Shown one piece after another: positions 27,312 through 36,748 of a DNA stretch of 64,000 nucleotides. The DNA is from Escherichia virus TH32: the sequence record MT446405.1; one strand, given 5' to 3'. The position numbers and the translations under genes were made by a program. Each line of letters begins with the position of its first letter. The stretch's first letter is position 1. The notes under the pieces were generated by a model. The model worked only from the letters and a program-made list of their open reading frames with translations, ran no database searches and was not told the origin of the DNA.

Positions 27312-27655
27312 ACATTCTCCACTGGTCGACGAATGAGTTTGCGTAATCCTTCGGGCCATACCTTCTTGATCACAGCTTTCGCTGGGCTGGATGAAAGCTT
27401 CTTCAGTTTCAATAGGACACATCCTTCATCATCGTTCGGTTGCACCTGGATAACGACTCGTGCTTGTCGGTCGATGACCATGACATCGCCAATGCGAATG
27501 TCTTTTACCAACACGCCCATCTCTTTCGTGCCGGATACGCCAATCACATGGTCGCATCGAACGCGCGGCGGTAGCAGCGTGCCACCGGAAGCCATCTCAC
27601 GCACGCGCTTCTTAATTTCTGCGCCATACAACGTTTCATCTTTAACATGAGCCAT
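27308..27655 (-). CDS. hypothetical protein
   Basis: 115 aa. Confidence 0.35.
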   Translation of the reverse strand: MAHVKDETLYGAEIKKRVREMASGGTLLPPRVRCDHVIGVSGTKEMGVLVKDIRIGDVMVIDRQARVVIQVQPNDDEGCVLLKLKKLSSSPAKAVIKKVWPEGLRKLIRRPVENV

Positions 27656-28136
27656 GGTCGAGTACCTTATAAAGAGTGCAAGAAGGACTGTTGAATTCCC
27701 TTAATGCATAAGCCACGTTCAAGCTGCCAGGTTCTTTCTTTGCGTTTGTCACTTCCATGTATTGGCAGCCGTTTATGCTGTATCGTCTTACTACAACAGC
27801 ATTGAAAATCTGACTGCCGTAATAGACGCAGACGATAACATCACCGACTTCTATTTTATCAGCCGGAACAGGCTTAAGGCGCGGCTTTTTATCAACATAA
27901 GTCTTGATAGGAACTTGTACGCAACGAGATTGATGGTAAATAGGTCTTGTTGCACCCTTGACGTTGCGCTTCAGCAATTCATCAATGGCATAGTCAACAT
28001 CATCACTTTCAAACTCCTTCATGATGAAGTCTCTTACCCTTACACGAAGGTTAACATCTGCTTCTGCACGTCTCAATGCGTGCAGGATTTCTTCACACTC
28101 TTCTTTCTTTAACATTAAAGGGCGATGAATGATCAT
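27642..28136 (-). CDS. hypothetical protein
   Basis: 164 aa. Confidence 0.4.
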   Translation of the reverse strand: MIIHRPLMLKKEECEEILHALRRAEADVNLRVRVRDFIMKEFESDDVDYAIDELLKRNVKGATRPIYHQSRCVQVPIKTYVDKKPRLKPVPADKIEVGDVIVCVYYGSQIFNAVVVRRYSINGCQYMEVTNAKKEPGSLNVAYALREFNSPSCTLYKVLDHGSC

Positions 28137-28138
28137 AA

Positions 28139-28294
28139 TTAACCTCTGATTTGTGACACAAAACGTTTATAATGTTCTTTTGCTAAGACGCGTGCACGCT
28201 CTTTCGTGTGGCCGCTGGCTTCAAGTACGCGGCGAAGCTGCTTGATTGCGTCTGCCTTACTGATTTTGTTATCGCTAAACTGAAATTTATTCAT
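28139..28294 (-). CDS. small hypothetical protein (51 aa)
   Basis: Unlisted short ORF filling the gap, ATGA coupled to upstream stop. Confidence 0.25.
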   Translation of the reverse strand: MNKFQFSDNKISKADAIKQLRRVLEASGHTKERARVLAKEHYKRFVSQIRG

Positions 28295-28509
28295 GCTTCA
28301 CAAGCCGCCTTAATTTGACGTGGAGTAACGATGACCACTTCACCAACAAGTGACTTGTCATCTTCTTTTACCGTATCGATTCGAACGCGGTAGTGATTGC
28401 GACCGCGCGAATCAGTAAGGTGTTGATCCAGCTCAAGGATGGTGCCTGCGCGCATATTCTGTCCTGACATCCAACGGATGCGGTCACCAGCCTTAAGAGT
28501 TTTCTTTCT
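28291..28509 (-). CDS. hypothetical protein
   Basis: Start moved to Met 28509 abutting stop of 28520..28798. Confidence 0.35.
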   Translation of the reverse strand, partial: RKKTLKAGDRIRWMSGQNMRAGTILELDQHLTDSRGRNHYRVRIDTVKEDDKSLVGEVVIVTPRQIKAACEA

Positions 28510-28519
28510 CATCTTCAAC

Positions 28520-28798
28520 TCACTTATAGTATTTAAACATAGCCGCGCAAAAGTCTTGCATGGCATTCTTAATTTGCTTCTTGAACAACGGATCATGCAT
28601 CGTCTCAACATTCGTCTTAATCCGAACGTGACCGATAACATCAAACGCAGTCGCTGGCATCGGCTCATAGATTTCATGATCGTTCAAGATTATATCTAGC
28701 TTTGACTCAGAAATCACGGGATAATTCTTGCCAGCAGTAAATTGGTCATCAATAGATGATGTGCATTTGACAAAGAATACTTTGTATGTAGTAATCAT
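28520..28798 (-). CDS. hypothetical protein
   Basis: 92 aa. Confidence 0.35.
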   Translation of the reverse strand: MITTYKVFFVKCTSSIDDQFTAGKNYPVISESKLDIILNDHEIYEPMPATAFDVIGHVRIKTNVETMHDPLFKKQIKNAMQDFCAAMFKYYK

Positions 28799-29004
28799 AG
28801 AGAATCCTTCGGGCCGCAGTAGCGCCCGTCCAGGTAGCGGTCGTATTGGATTAAAGCGAATGTTTTCAACGAAAGGTTACGGCGCTTAAACAGGTGACCC
28901 GTTGATGGATTCTGCTCGTGCGCCGTTGGATAAAGGCGTGAAAGGTAGTGAATGAGGACTTGTAAAGCCCTACGTTGATTTGTTATTCTCCCCTGTGTAT
29001 TCAT
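28795..29004 (-). CDS. hypothetical protein
   Basis: 69 aa. Confidence 0.3.
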   Translation of the reverse strand: MNTQGRITNQRRALQVLIHYLSRLYPTAHEQNPSTGHLFKRRNLSLKTFALIQYDRYLDGRYCGPKDSL

Positions 29005-29194
29005 GGCTGAATCTACCCTCTGTCAATATCCGGTCATGGATGACTATACCAGTGCAGCGCAGGCGGTTGGCATTGCTTCGCGCCTCTGCTGCTTGATGAG
29101 GATTGAACAAGCCGAACAAACTAGCCTTAAAAGCAAACTGGTAATATTTGATTAAGGTGCTAAGTGCTAACTCAATCCTGTCTAAATTAATCAT
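28970..29194 (-). CDS. hypothetical protein
   Basis: 74 aa; overlaps neighbour, start uncertain. Confidence 0.3.
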   Translation of the reverse strand: MINLDRIELALSTLIKYYQFAFKASLFGLFNPHQAAEARSNANRLRCTGIVIHDRILTEGRFSHEYTGENNKST

Positions 29195-29233
29195 AATATC
29201 ACCTCGTCAGAAAAGCAAATATTTTGATGATAA

Positions 29234-29881
29234 TTATCCTGTGGCCTGCATATTGCGTACATACTTCTGCTCTAATGAATAGATGAAGTCGGCGACAGTC
29301 AATCCCTTCGTGTGCCATTCATACATGGTGAAGCCTGTATTCAGGAAATAGCCGCGCACCTTGTCCATCGCTTCAGCTTCCTCCATTGAAGCCATCAGCG
29401 CCGCGACATTGTCATAAGAAGGCACAAATCCCTTCTTGCGTAGCGCATTGCGCAAATCCTTAGTTCGGAATCCAATCTTGCAGGGGTCATCACGACCCGT
29501 GGATGATGCGACCTTTGGAAGAGCAAGGAACTCTTTAAGGAACATTGCAATGTTCAAGTCGCCTGCGTCATCAAGCTTCTGGATTCGGTTGCGACCGCGA
29601 CCCTTGAATTCACTCGCACGAGGGTGAGAGCCAAAACAGTGCGCCCCTTCCAGTTTAGGGTCAATGATCATTACATCTTTCCCAATGCGCAACTCTACGT
29701 AGTAAAGATAAGACTCATCGACAAGCTTTGTGCGCTTGCAAGTGATTGAGTCCTTATCATAACCAAAGCCACGCAACACGGTTGAAATCATCCGGTTCAT
29801 TTCTTCGCCGTGAACATCACTTTCTTTGTTCAGTTCACCAAGATGTTGAAAGAATTTAGCGATGTTGATTGCTTTATTCAT
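29234..29881 (-). CDS. hypothetical protein
   Basis: 215 aa directly downstream of helicase gene. Confidence 0.4.
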   Translation of the reverse strand: MNKAINIAKFFQHLGELNKESDVHGEEMNRMISTVLRGFGYDKDSITCKRTKLVDESYLYYVELRIGKDVMIIDPKLEGAHCFGSHPRASEFKGRGRNRIQKLDDAGDLNIAMFLKEFLALPKVASSTGRDDPCKIGFRTKDLRNALRKKGFVPSYDNVAALMASMEEAEAMDKVRGYFLNTGFTMYEWHTKGLTVADFIYSLEQKYVRNMQATG

Positions 29882-31551
29882 CAGAATTCATCCTTATCTC
29901 TTCCCAAAGAACGTTTACGCTCAATAACCTTCTTCAAGAATTCAATATCTTCAGGGTCAGACTCATCGCGGATAAGATACGCTAAGATGGTCATCAAATC
30001 AGAAATGTATTCTCCTGCTTCATTCTTAATCAGCGGCGTAAAGTAACCGCGCTGGTTGCGATAGGTTGCAGGCTCAAAACCAAGCTTCGACATATGCGGC
30101 GCAAGGGTACGAGAGAAAGGCGACTTGCCGCACTTCGCTCTGAATCCCATAGCAATAGCACCACTGGTGATGTGCCAGCGTCCGCTGTGATGTCGGTCAT
30201 AAGGCGCGGTGATGACGACTTCAACAAGGTCGTTGTCCACCATCTCATCACGAATAACGCCGCGCGCACGTTCCATTTCGTTCTTACTAAACTCAGTAAG
30301 CATGCGAGATGTTTCACCAACAAACGCGTTGTAACCTGCTTCGCCGTGTTTTTCCATCCACGCAGCACACTCAGCCATCAACTGCCAAACGTCTTCTTTC
30401 AAAGTGGAAAGGTCAGCTTGGAAATCTTTCGACCAGTTCGGTTGCCCGTCCTTGTCAGCGAGTTGGCCAACAAAGATAGGGTACACACGACGGTTGCCCG
30501 TGTCGTCACGCTGCATGCCTGCGTATTCGTTGCCGTCCATGATCGCAATCCACTGGCGTGGTTTAACCTGAGTATCTTCAAATTTGAAGTCCAGGTCATC
30601 TTCCGTCTTAGTCAGGAATGCTTTCATGTTTTCGATGTCGGCCTTTTTAAAGCCTGTCATCTCGCCAACGTTCGCGATAATTGAGCGACCCGTAATAGCT
30701 CGCAAGAACGGGTTGAAGTTCTGCGCGGCTAAGTTCAACGGAATCGGTGTTGCGTGGCGGTCGTTCATAATAGCTTCGCAAAGCAGCTTGCTAAAATAAC
30801 TTTTCCCTGCGTTCTGGCCGCCGATGAGCGCGATAGAAATTGGCGCTTGACAGCCAGGGTTGGTCAGGCGGTTATAGAGCGATAGCCAAAAATACACACC
30901 GATTTGTCGGTTTAACTCTGTATCGAACGGTCGGAATAGCTCGATAAGGTATTTCTCGATGCGCGCAGTACCGTCCCATTCAGGCAGCTTCTTGTAGAAG
31001 AAGTCCATCAGGTCGTCGCGCTGATAACGCATGGCCCATTCCTTATAGGATTGAGCGACCTGACGTGAGTTTGGGTTAGACAGCCCTGCTGCGTCGACAG
31101 CGGCAACTATCTCTGTGACTTCCAAGGTACGGTCAGTGAATGTTTCGCCGCGATGGTCGACTAAGCGCCCACGAAAAGTATCTTTGTGAGGGAATGGAAC
31201 AATGCCACTTCCCTTATCAAACAACGCGTCGAAAACCGCATAACGGTTCATGTCACTCGTCCGGTCTGCCTGTAGAACGAAGTCATCTTTGGTAGGCTTG
31301 TAGTGAGGGAACTTGATTACCTGAAGTGAGGCGAGCAAGCGTGCTCTTTCAACCAAGTCTTCTTCACCGTAGCATTCCATGCGCTCTGAATCTTTTTCAA
31401 CAGCTTTATGTTGAAGGCTGATTTTAGCTCTGGTGCCTTGCTGCTCTGCTGCCTGCATTTCTTCCGAAACGCCTGCATCTTGAATTTCGTCAAAGATTGC
31501 ACCAAATTCATCACCTGTATCCTCTGGAAGATTGTCATTATTAATTGACAT
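29881..31551 (-). CDS. P-loop NTPase, D5/VirE-like primase-associated helicase (putative)
   Basis: Walker A IALIGGQNAGKSYF in C-terminal half, 556 aa; occurs with an AEP primase two genes upstream. Confidence 0.5.
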   Translation of the reverse strand: MSINNDNLPEDTGDEFGAIFDEIQDAGVSEEMQAAEQQGTRAKISLQHKAVEKDSERMECYGEEDLVERARLLASLQVIKFPHYKPTKDDFVLQADRTSDMNRYAVFDALFDKGSGIVPFPHKDTFRGRLVDHRGETFTDRTLEVTEIVAAVDAAGLSNPNSRQVAQSYKEWAMRYQRDDLMDFFYKKLPEWDGTARIEKYLIELFRPFDTELNRQIGVYFWLSLYNRLTNPGCQAPISIALIGGQNAGKSYFSKLLCEAIMNDRHATPIPLNLAAQNFNPFLRAITGRSIIANVGEMTGFKKADIENMKAFLTKTEDDLDFKFEDTQVKPRQWIAIMDGNEYAGMQRDDTGNRRVYPIFVGQLADKDGQPNWSKDFQADLSTLKEDVWQLMAECAAWMEKHGEAGYNAFVGETSRMLTEFSKNEMERARGVIRDEMVDNDLVEVVITAPYDRHHSGRWHITSGAIAMGFRAKCGKSPFSRTLAPHMSKLGFEPATYRNQRGYFTPLIKNEAGEYISDLMTILAYLIRDESDPEDIEFLKKVIERKRSLGRDKDEF

Positions 31552-31687
31552 TTAATCCTCCTGATACGGCTTTGTTATATTGTTGCATGGATATATCCTT
31601 TCAGGGTGCGGTAAATAAACGCCAGAAATCTGGCGTTGTATATTAATATAGTAAAACTCAATTTAAAGCAATATAACTGGTGAACTA

Positions 31688-31978
31688 TCAGCAAGGAAAT
31701 TGGTTGGCGTATGCCTTTCTCAATTTGTTTACTGATTGAACAGCATGAAGGTATTGGCAATCGGTGAAGATGCGGCGCAAATGATCCATAGAAGACAGGT
31801 CATCGTTAGTAACCACCAGAATCTCTTCCGAAGGACAGCCAGCCTCTTTGACAATCTCATTGAGATTTGCGCCACTAATTTCTTCAACACGTTTCACCTC
31901 ATCGATACCGTAAACATCAACGGCAACTTCGATGTCGTCATCGCTGATATTTTCACCATAAAGAATTACAATATTCAT
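31688..31978 (-). CDS. small acidic protein
   Basis: 96 aa, D/E-rich. Confidence 0.35.
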   Translation of the reverse strand: MNIVILYGENISDDDIEVAVDVYGIDEVKRVEEISGANLNEIVKEAGCPSEEILVVTNDDLSSMDHLRRIFTDCQYLHAVQSVNKLRKAYANQFPC

Positions 31979-32097
31979 CCACTCACCCCTGCCAAATAAT
32001 ATGCCATATCCAATACATATAATAGCCCCAGGATGATGACAAGGGAAATGATTAATGTGTATTTCTTTACGGCTTTCATAAGTATCTATACCTAAAT

Positions 32098-32361
32098 TTA
32101 CTGTTGAGGATCACCAATGGAGTCTGTTGCATCCCATTCAACGCGTGCTGTGCGTTCTGCTGGTGGGCAACCTTCGCCAGCGTAAAGCTCCACAACACCT
32201 TCATGAGAGCAGCACTGGCACTCTACAAGGTCGCCATCTTCCCAGGCACCTTCCTCCGCGTTGCGATGTTGCCGCACCTTGATAACATCGCTCGCACAGT
32301 TAGGACAAGTCGAGAGATTGCTGGTAACGTTCCAGATGAACTCGTTACGGAAAGCACCCAT
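32098..32361 (-). CDS. Cys-rich small protein (zinc-ribbon-like)
   Basis: CPNC...CQCC motif; start moved to Met abutting upstream stop. Confidence 0.35.
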   Translation of the reverse strand: MGAFRNEFIWNVTSNLSTCPNCASDVIKVRQHRNAEEGAWEDGDLVECQCCSHEGVVELYAGEGCPPAERTARVEWDATDSIGDPQQ

Positions 32362-32362
32362 G

Positions 32363-32653
32363 CTACACCTCTTGATCTCTTTGCTGTTGAATCGCGGCTG
32401 AAGCTTCGTCAAAATTGACTGGCTCAACGGTGAACGTTGCACTGACTGTAAGGTCTTTAATAGTCAGCAGCGTGTTGAATCGCTCGGCCTGAAGATTCAT
32501 AGCTACATGCGTGGATACGTTAAGGATTGCACCAACAACTTCCTCCACTGCGTAGCCTGCAAACAAGGGGAGAATCTGGTTGACAAGCTTAAGCTCGTTT
32601 TCAACACGAAGCTTTTGTGCTTCTTCAACGGTCATCATTTTTGGTTCGTTCAT
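32363..32653 (-). CDS. hypothetical protein
   Basis: 96 aa. Confidence 0.35.
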   Translation of the reverse strand: MNEPKMMTVEEAQKLRVENELKLVNQILPLFAGYAVEEVVGAILNVSTHVAMNLQAERFNTLLTIKDLTVSATFTVEPVNFDEASAAIQQQRDQEV

Positions 32654-32655
32654 CT

Positions 32656-32802
32656 TTATTCCTTAACAAATTCAGAGTAGTGTTTGGCCGCAGCCGCTTG
32701 ATGGTGAGCCATGACTCCTTGAAGGGTCGGAAGCTCTGCTGGTTTAGGTTCTAACGACTTTAACAGACATTCAACCTCGATGTTCAATTCTTCGCTTTGC
32801 AT
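32656..32802 (-). CDS. small hypothetical protein (48 aa)
   Basis: Unlisted short ORF with GAGGTG RBS. Confidence 0.25.
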   Translation of the reverse strand: MQSEELNIEVECLLKSLEPKPAELPTLQGVMAHHQAAAAKHYSEFVKE

Positions 32803-32860
32803 GAATCACCTCTGCTTCAGTTCATAAAATGATTATAGTTGCTATGAAAATAAAAGCAAA

Positions 32861-33943
32861 CTATTTTATGCCACCTGCACGACGATTTATCATGTCAAGT
32901 TGATTCTCAATATAAGGCATGACGATTGCTTCAACAAAAGCAGTCCAACCTTTCTTGCCTTCCCCTTTCCGGTGACAGTCGTGGGCGCAACCGAACACAA
33001 ACTCATGTTCTGCACCAGGGATAGGGCCGCGAAAGTAAGCGCCATACGGGTCGCCGTTGGTGTGTTCTTCACCCCAAGGACAGATTATGCGGCACTTGCC
33101 TGACATATTCTCGATGACGTCGCCATCAGACCCTTCACCCATCTTGTTGCGCGCTAGAATTTGCTGGGCTATTTTATACCAAACAGCATCATACTTGTAT
33201 TCATCGACGTCAATTTGAATCTCACGCTTTTGCGGCATGACGACGTGAAAGCCAAATGCCTGACAAATGTCTTCGATGGTGTAGCGCAAGGAGTAGTCTG
33301 CATGGACAAGTCGGCAGCGGAACGGGTTGCCGTTCTCATCGACATATTTATAGGGGCCGTCGTGAGTCACACGCTTGTTGTTGATGCACCCAGGAACACG
33401 GCCCACGCGCGTTACGTCTTTAATCGTGTTGTCGCCGCCCTTCTTGAGTACCATGTTTACGAAAGACCCAAGGAATGCTTTGAACTGAATAAGATGGTCA
33501 ATCGGTTCTTTAAAGAAGTACCAAAGCTGGTGGTTGTTCGGTGAAGTCTCGACGATGACAGTCGGCTTCAGTCGCTCAAAAAAGAATTCCAAATCTAAAT
33601 CGCCTTTGGACCCTTTACCGTGACCGATGTCGTCGACCATCATCGCCATGCCGTGACCAAAGGCCGACTCTGTACGCCAGTATCGCATCTCACCCGTCTT
33701 TGGGTTGGGAGACTTACGCATTGAACTGATGCACGCATAGCCGTTTTGGTGCTGCATGAGCGGCTTGCCCAGCTTCCAAGGCTTAGGCCAAAAGCTACTG
33801 TTAATCTTCTTGCCGCGCTCATCGGTCTGCACCGTTGCTTCAGGCGCAAACACCGTCATGACGCGTTCATCTTCTGGAATGCCTCTTTGGAGTTCTGTTA
33901 AAAACTCTTCGATTATTTTTGCTTCTTCTCTTAAACTAGCCAT
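32861..33943 (-). CDS. archaeo-eukaryotic-type primase (prim-pol) domain protein
   Basis: Motifs MAMMVDDIG (DxD), SPNNHQLWYFF (sxH) and RVPGCINNK resemble AEP motifs I-III; first gene of early operon. Confidence 0.55.
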   Translation of the reverse strand: MASLREEAKIIEEFLTELQRGIPEDERVMTVFAPEATVQTDERGKKINSSFWPKPWKLGKPLMQHQNGYACISSMRKSPNPKTGEMRYWRTESAFGHGMAMMVDDIGHGKGSKGDLDLEFFFERLKPTVIVETSPNNHQLWYFFKEPIDHLIQFKAFLGSFVNMVLKKGGDNTIKDVTRVGRVPGCINNKRVTHDGPYKYVDENGNPFRCRLVHADYSLRYTIEDICQAFGFHVVMPQKREIQIDVDEYKYDAVWYKIAQQILARNKMGEGSDGDVIENMSGKCRIICPWGEEHTNGDPYGAYFRGPIPGAEHEFVFGCAHDCHRKGEGKKGWTAFVEAIVMPYIENQLDMINRRAGGIK

Positions 33944-33972
33944 CTTTCTTTCCTTCGGTGATCAATACCTGC

Positions 33973-34000
33973 AGTATAATATTGAGTGATACAAAGTCAA
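33973..34000 (-). promoter_or_regulatory. sigma70-like early promoter (minus strand)
   Basis: Minus strand TTGACT-N16-TATACT, about 30 nt upstream of 33943 start. Confidence 0.45.
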
Positions 34001-34036
34001 CAATATTTACCATTTAGTTCACAATTTCGATTTACT

Positions 34037-34065
34037 TTGCTTTATACTATATCTGCAATTATACT
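34037..34065 (+). promoter_or_regulatory. sigma70-like promoter (plus strand, divergent)
   Basis: TTGCTT-N17-TATACT. Confidence 0.45.
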
Positions 34066-34103
34066 ATCAGAAAATATTTCCGCACTAACAAAGGTCGCCT
34101 GAA

Positions 34104-34430
34104 ATGAACGAAAAAGATACGAAGCAACGCGAACGTGCAACACACGTCGGCATCGTTGAGTCCTTCCTTAATACCCGAATGAACTCAAGCCTAACAATCA
34201 TGCGATTCCTGGGTCAACCAGACAGAATCAAATTTATTTTTGCCGCAAATCCGGTATCGCTGTACATCCCTGTTGAATCCATGGCGTACTTAGTGCGCGA
34301 CGAGAAAGGATGGAAGATACCAAACACAACTGTTTTCTTCAGCCATGTTGATGGTGAGATGTTTGAACGAAAAGAAGATTGCCATTTTATTCCAGTATAT
34401 CTGGACCTTGACAGCGTAGTGGAGTTATAA
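34104..34430 (+). CDS. hypothetical protein
   Basis: 108 aa. Confidence 0.4.
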   Translation: MNEKDTKQRERATHVGIVESFLNTRMNSSLTIMRFLGQPDRIKFIFAANPVSLYIPVESMAYLVRDEKGWKIPNTTVFFSHVDGEMFERKEDCHFIPVYLDLDSVVEL

Positions 34431-35614
34431 TGAACATTCCAGAATTTAATGATGAGCCAGTGATTCAGTTTAACGCGCAACAAATCGATGCCATCGAGAA
34501 GGCCGTTGCATGGTACAAGCGATTGCAGGACGGTAAAACGACGAAGCGTGTGTTTTTCATTGCTGGCTATGCAGGGACTGGTAAAACTTCTATTGCTCGC
34601 GAGATTGTGCGCCGCTGTGTCGGTGAGTACGGAGCTATCTATATTGCGCCGACCGGAAAGGCTGCAAGCCGATTAAAGCAAAAAGGCTGTCGTGGCGCTA
34701 AGACCCTTCACCAGTTCATCTATAACGTGCGCGGCGTAAATGACGACAATGAGCCAATCTTTTCGAGGAAGTCAAAGCTGGATGAAAGGCCGCACCTTGT
34801 TGTCCTCGATGAAGCGTCGATGGTTGGCGAGTGGGACACAGAGCGCCTTCTTGATCACCGCATCCCTGTGCTGGCATTAGGCGACATTGGACAAGTCCCT
34901 CCGGTAAAAGCCGCCGCCTACTTTACTGAAGATGCCGTTGACGTGCTGTTAACCGAAATCATGCGGCAAGGGAAAGAGTCCAATATAATCCGCGCCTCCT
35001 TCTTCGTGCGCCAAGGCAACCGCCTTCCTCCGCGTGAATACGATGACGTCAAAGTATTGGCAGAATCGCCGCGCGTTACTGCATTGAAGAAATTCATGGG
35101 CGAAGATGATCAAATTATTTGCTCCTATAATAGCACCAAAGATAAATGGAATTCATTATTACGGCAAGTGAGCGGACGTATAACGCCAATGCCAGGAATC
35201 GGCGAGAAAGTTATTTGCACCTTCAACCAGCACGGGCCAGGATTCTGTAATGGCGAGCAAGGGATTGTTATTAGCTATGAACCAGTGCCGGACTTTGAAA
35301 GGGATGAAGACGAGTCGAATGAAATAATGTATGTCAACTTGCGTTCATTAACTGATGGTAAAGATATAAAGGTGAAGATCAATCCTCTTTCCTTCTCTAC
35401 TGATCAGGAAGTGCGCAAAGAAGCGCAACGCGCTGTTGGCGGGATGGACTATGGCTATGTAATCACGGTGCACAAATCGCAAGGCAGCGAGTGGGACAAT
35501 GTGTGCGTGCTGGAAGAAATCTTGCGCGGCGTTCCGTACTCCAAGATGATGTACACCGCAATCACCCGCGCTAAGAAGAATCTGACCGTGTACCGTGATT
35601 TGAAAGCGCGTTAA
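34430..35614 (+). CDS. RecD/Dda-like superfamily 1 DNA helicase
   Basis: Walker A GYAGTGKTS, Walker B VVLDEASMV, motif VI VITVHKSQGSEWDNV. Confidence 0.85.
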   Translation: MNIPEFNDEPVIQFNAQQIDAIEKAVAWYKRLQDGKTTKRVFFIAGYAGTGKTSIAREIVRRCVGEYGAIYIAPTGKAASRLKQKGCRGAKTLHQFIYNVRGVNDDNEPIFSRKSKLDERPHLVVLDEASMVGEWDTERLLDHRIPVLALGDIGQVPPVKAAAYFTEDAVDVLLTEIMRQGKESNIIRASFFVRQGNRLPPREYDDVKVLAESPRVTALKKFMGEDDQIICSYNSTKDKWNSLLRQVSGRITPMPGIGEKVICTFNQHGPGFCNGEQGIVISYEPVPDFERDEDESNEIMYVNLRSLTDGKDIKVKINPLSFSTDQEVRKEAQRAVGGMDYGYVITVHKSQGSEWDNVCVLEEILRGVPYSKMMYTAITRAKKNLTVYRDLKAR

Positions 35615-35774
35615 TGTTGACGTAAATTTACGAAAAATAAAACTGAAAATCAGTTTAATTAAAGTGGCATTGCCGCCATAGTTTTTAGTTGCTACTGGCG
35701 GCGACTGAAGGCATAATTAAGTTATCCCAAACGGGGGAATATAAAATAAACTAATTTATTTAAGGACTGTGAAC

Positions 35775-36614
35775 ATGGCCGAAGCAATCAAAGTATTATC
35801 TAAAGAAGAAAAACAAGCAGCTGCAGCAGAACGTCGTCGCGTGGCTGAAGAGAAACGCCTGGCTAAAAAGAAAGAAGCCGAAGAAAAACGCCAGAAGCGT
35901 GAGCAGGAAAAACAAGCCAAGCGTGAAGAAGCTGCGCTGAAACGCAAGCAGGCTGCTGATGAGAAGGCTCAGAAGCGTGCTGAAGAAGCGGCTAAGAAAG
36001 CTAAAGAGCGTGCAGAAAAGGCTGCTGCTAAGAAAGCAGAGCGTGAAGCCGCTAAAGCAGCAAAAGAAATCGAAAAGGCAAAGGCTAAAGAAGAAGCCAA
36101 GCGCCTGAAAGCTGAACAAGCTGCTGCTAAGAAAGCAGAGCGTGATCAAGCCCGTGCTGCAGCGAAGGCCGAAAAAGAAAAGGCCAAAGAAGAAGCTAAA
36201 GCGAAACGCAAGGCAGAGCGTGAAGCTGCTAAGATTGCGGCGAAAGAAGCTGCAGAACAGCAGAAAGAACAGCGCAAGAAAGAAGCTGAAGAGCGTCGCA
36301 AAGCGATTGCAGAGCGTAAAGCCGCCAAGAAAGCTAACGGTCAGCGTCGCGCTAAAGCAACTCACTTTGTTTACACCGGAAACGGCCTGAGCCAGCCGCA
36401 AGAGCATTCCACCCGTGGACGCGTTCTGGCGGCGATCAAAGAAGGCGAAATCGGTCAGCCGCAGTCTATCGACGAGCTGGGTGAAAAAGTTAAAGATCAG
36501 CTGTTTGGCGCTTCCGTTCGCTCTTACCTGAGCAAGCTGGAAGAGATGGGCCACATCGAGTTCATCGATGTTGAATCCAATGACGATGCCGAAGACGGTG
36601 ATCAAGCGGAATAA
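35775..36614 (+). CDS. Lys/Ala/Glu-rich repeat protein with globular C-terminal domain
   Basis: About 190 aa of KEEAEEKRQKREQEKQAKREEAALKRKQ...-type low complexity, then a 90 aa non-repetitive tail; antisense ORF 35796..36605 judged an artefact. Confidence 0.6.
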   Translation: MAEAIKVLSKEEKQAAAAERRRVAEEKRLAKKKEAEEKRQKREQEKQAKREEAALKRKQAADEKAQKRAEEAAKKAKERAEKAAAKKAEREAAKAAKEIEKAKAKEEAKRLKAEQAAAKKAERDQARAAAKAEKEKAKEEAKAKRKAEREAAKIAAKEAAEQQKEQRKKEAEERRKAIAERKAAKKANGQRRAKATHFVYTGNGLSQPQEHSTRGRVLAAIKEGEIGQPQSIDELGEKVKDQLFGASVRSYLSKLEEMGHIEFIDVESNDDAEDGDQAE

Positions 36615-36642
36615 CCTGTAGGACGGTTATGTAGCGGTAATT

Positions 36643-36669
36643 GACCCACACTTGTTGTGGGTCTTTTTT
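36643..36669 (+). terminator. rho-independent terminator
   Basis: GACCCACA-cttgt-TGTGGGTC followed by TTTTTT. Confidence 0.7.
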
Positions 36670-36748
36670 CGTCTGTACTAAATAAAAATGACTTGTTGCT
36701 GTAAGATAATTTAGCTATTATACTTCTCATATCACCCACAAAGGACAA

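Noticed and set aside
35796-36605. Antisense ORF (269 aa) covering the K/A/E-rich gene
   Set aside because: Low-complexity Phe/Leu/Ser-rich translation typical of the reverse complement of a GAA/GCT-repeat coding sequence; the sense gene has RBS and terminator.
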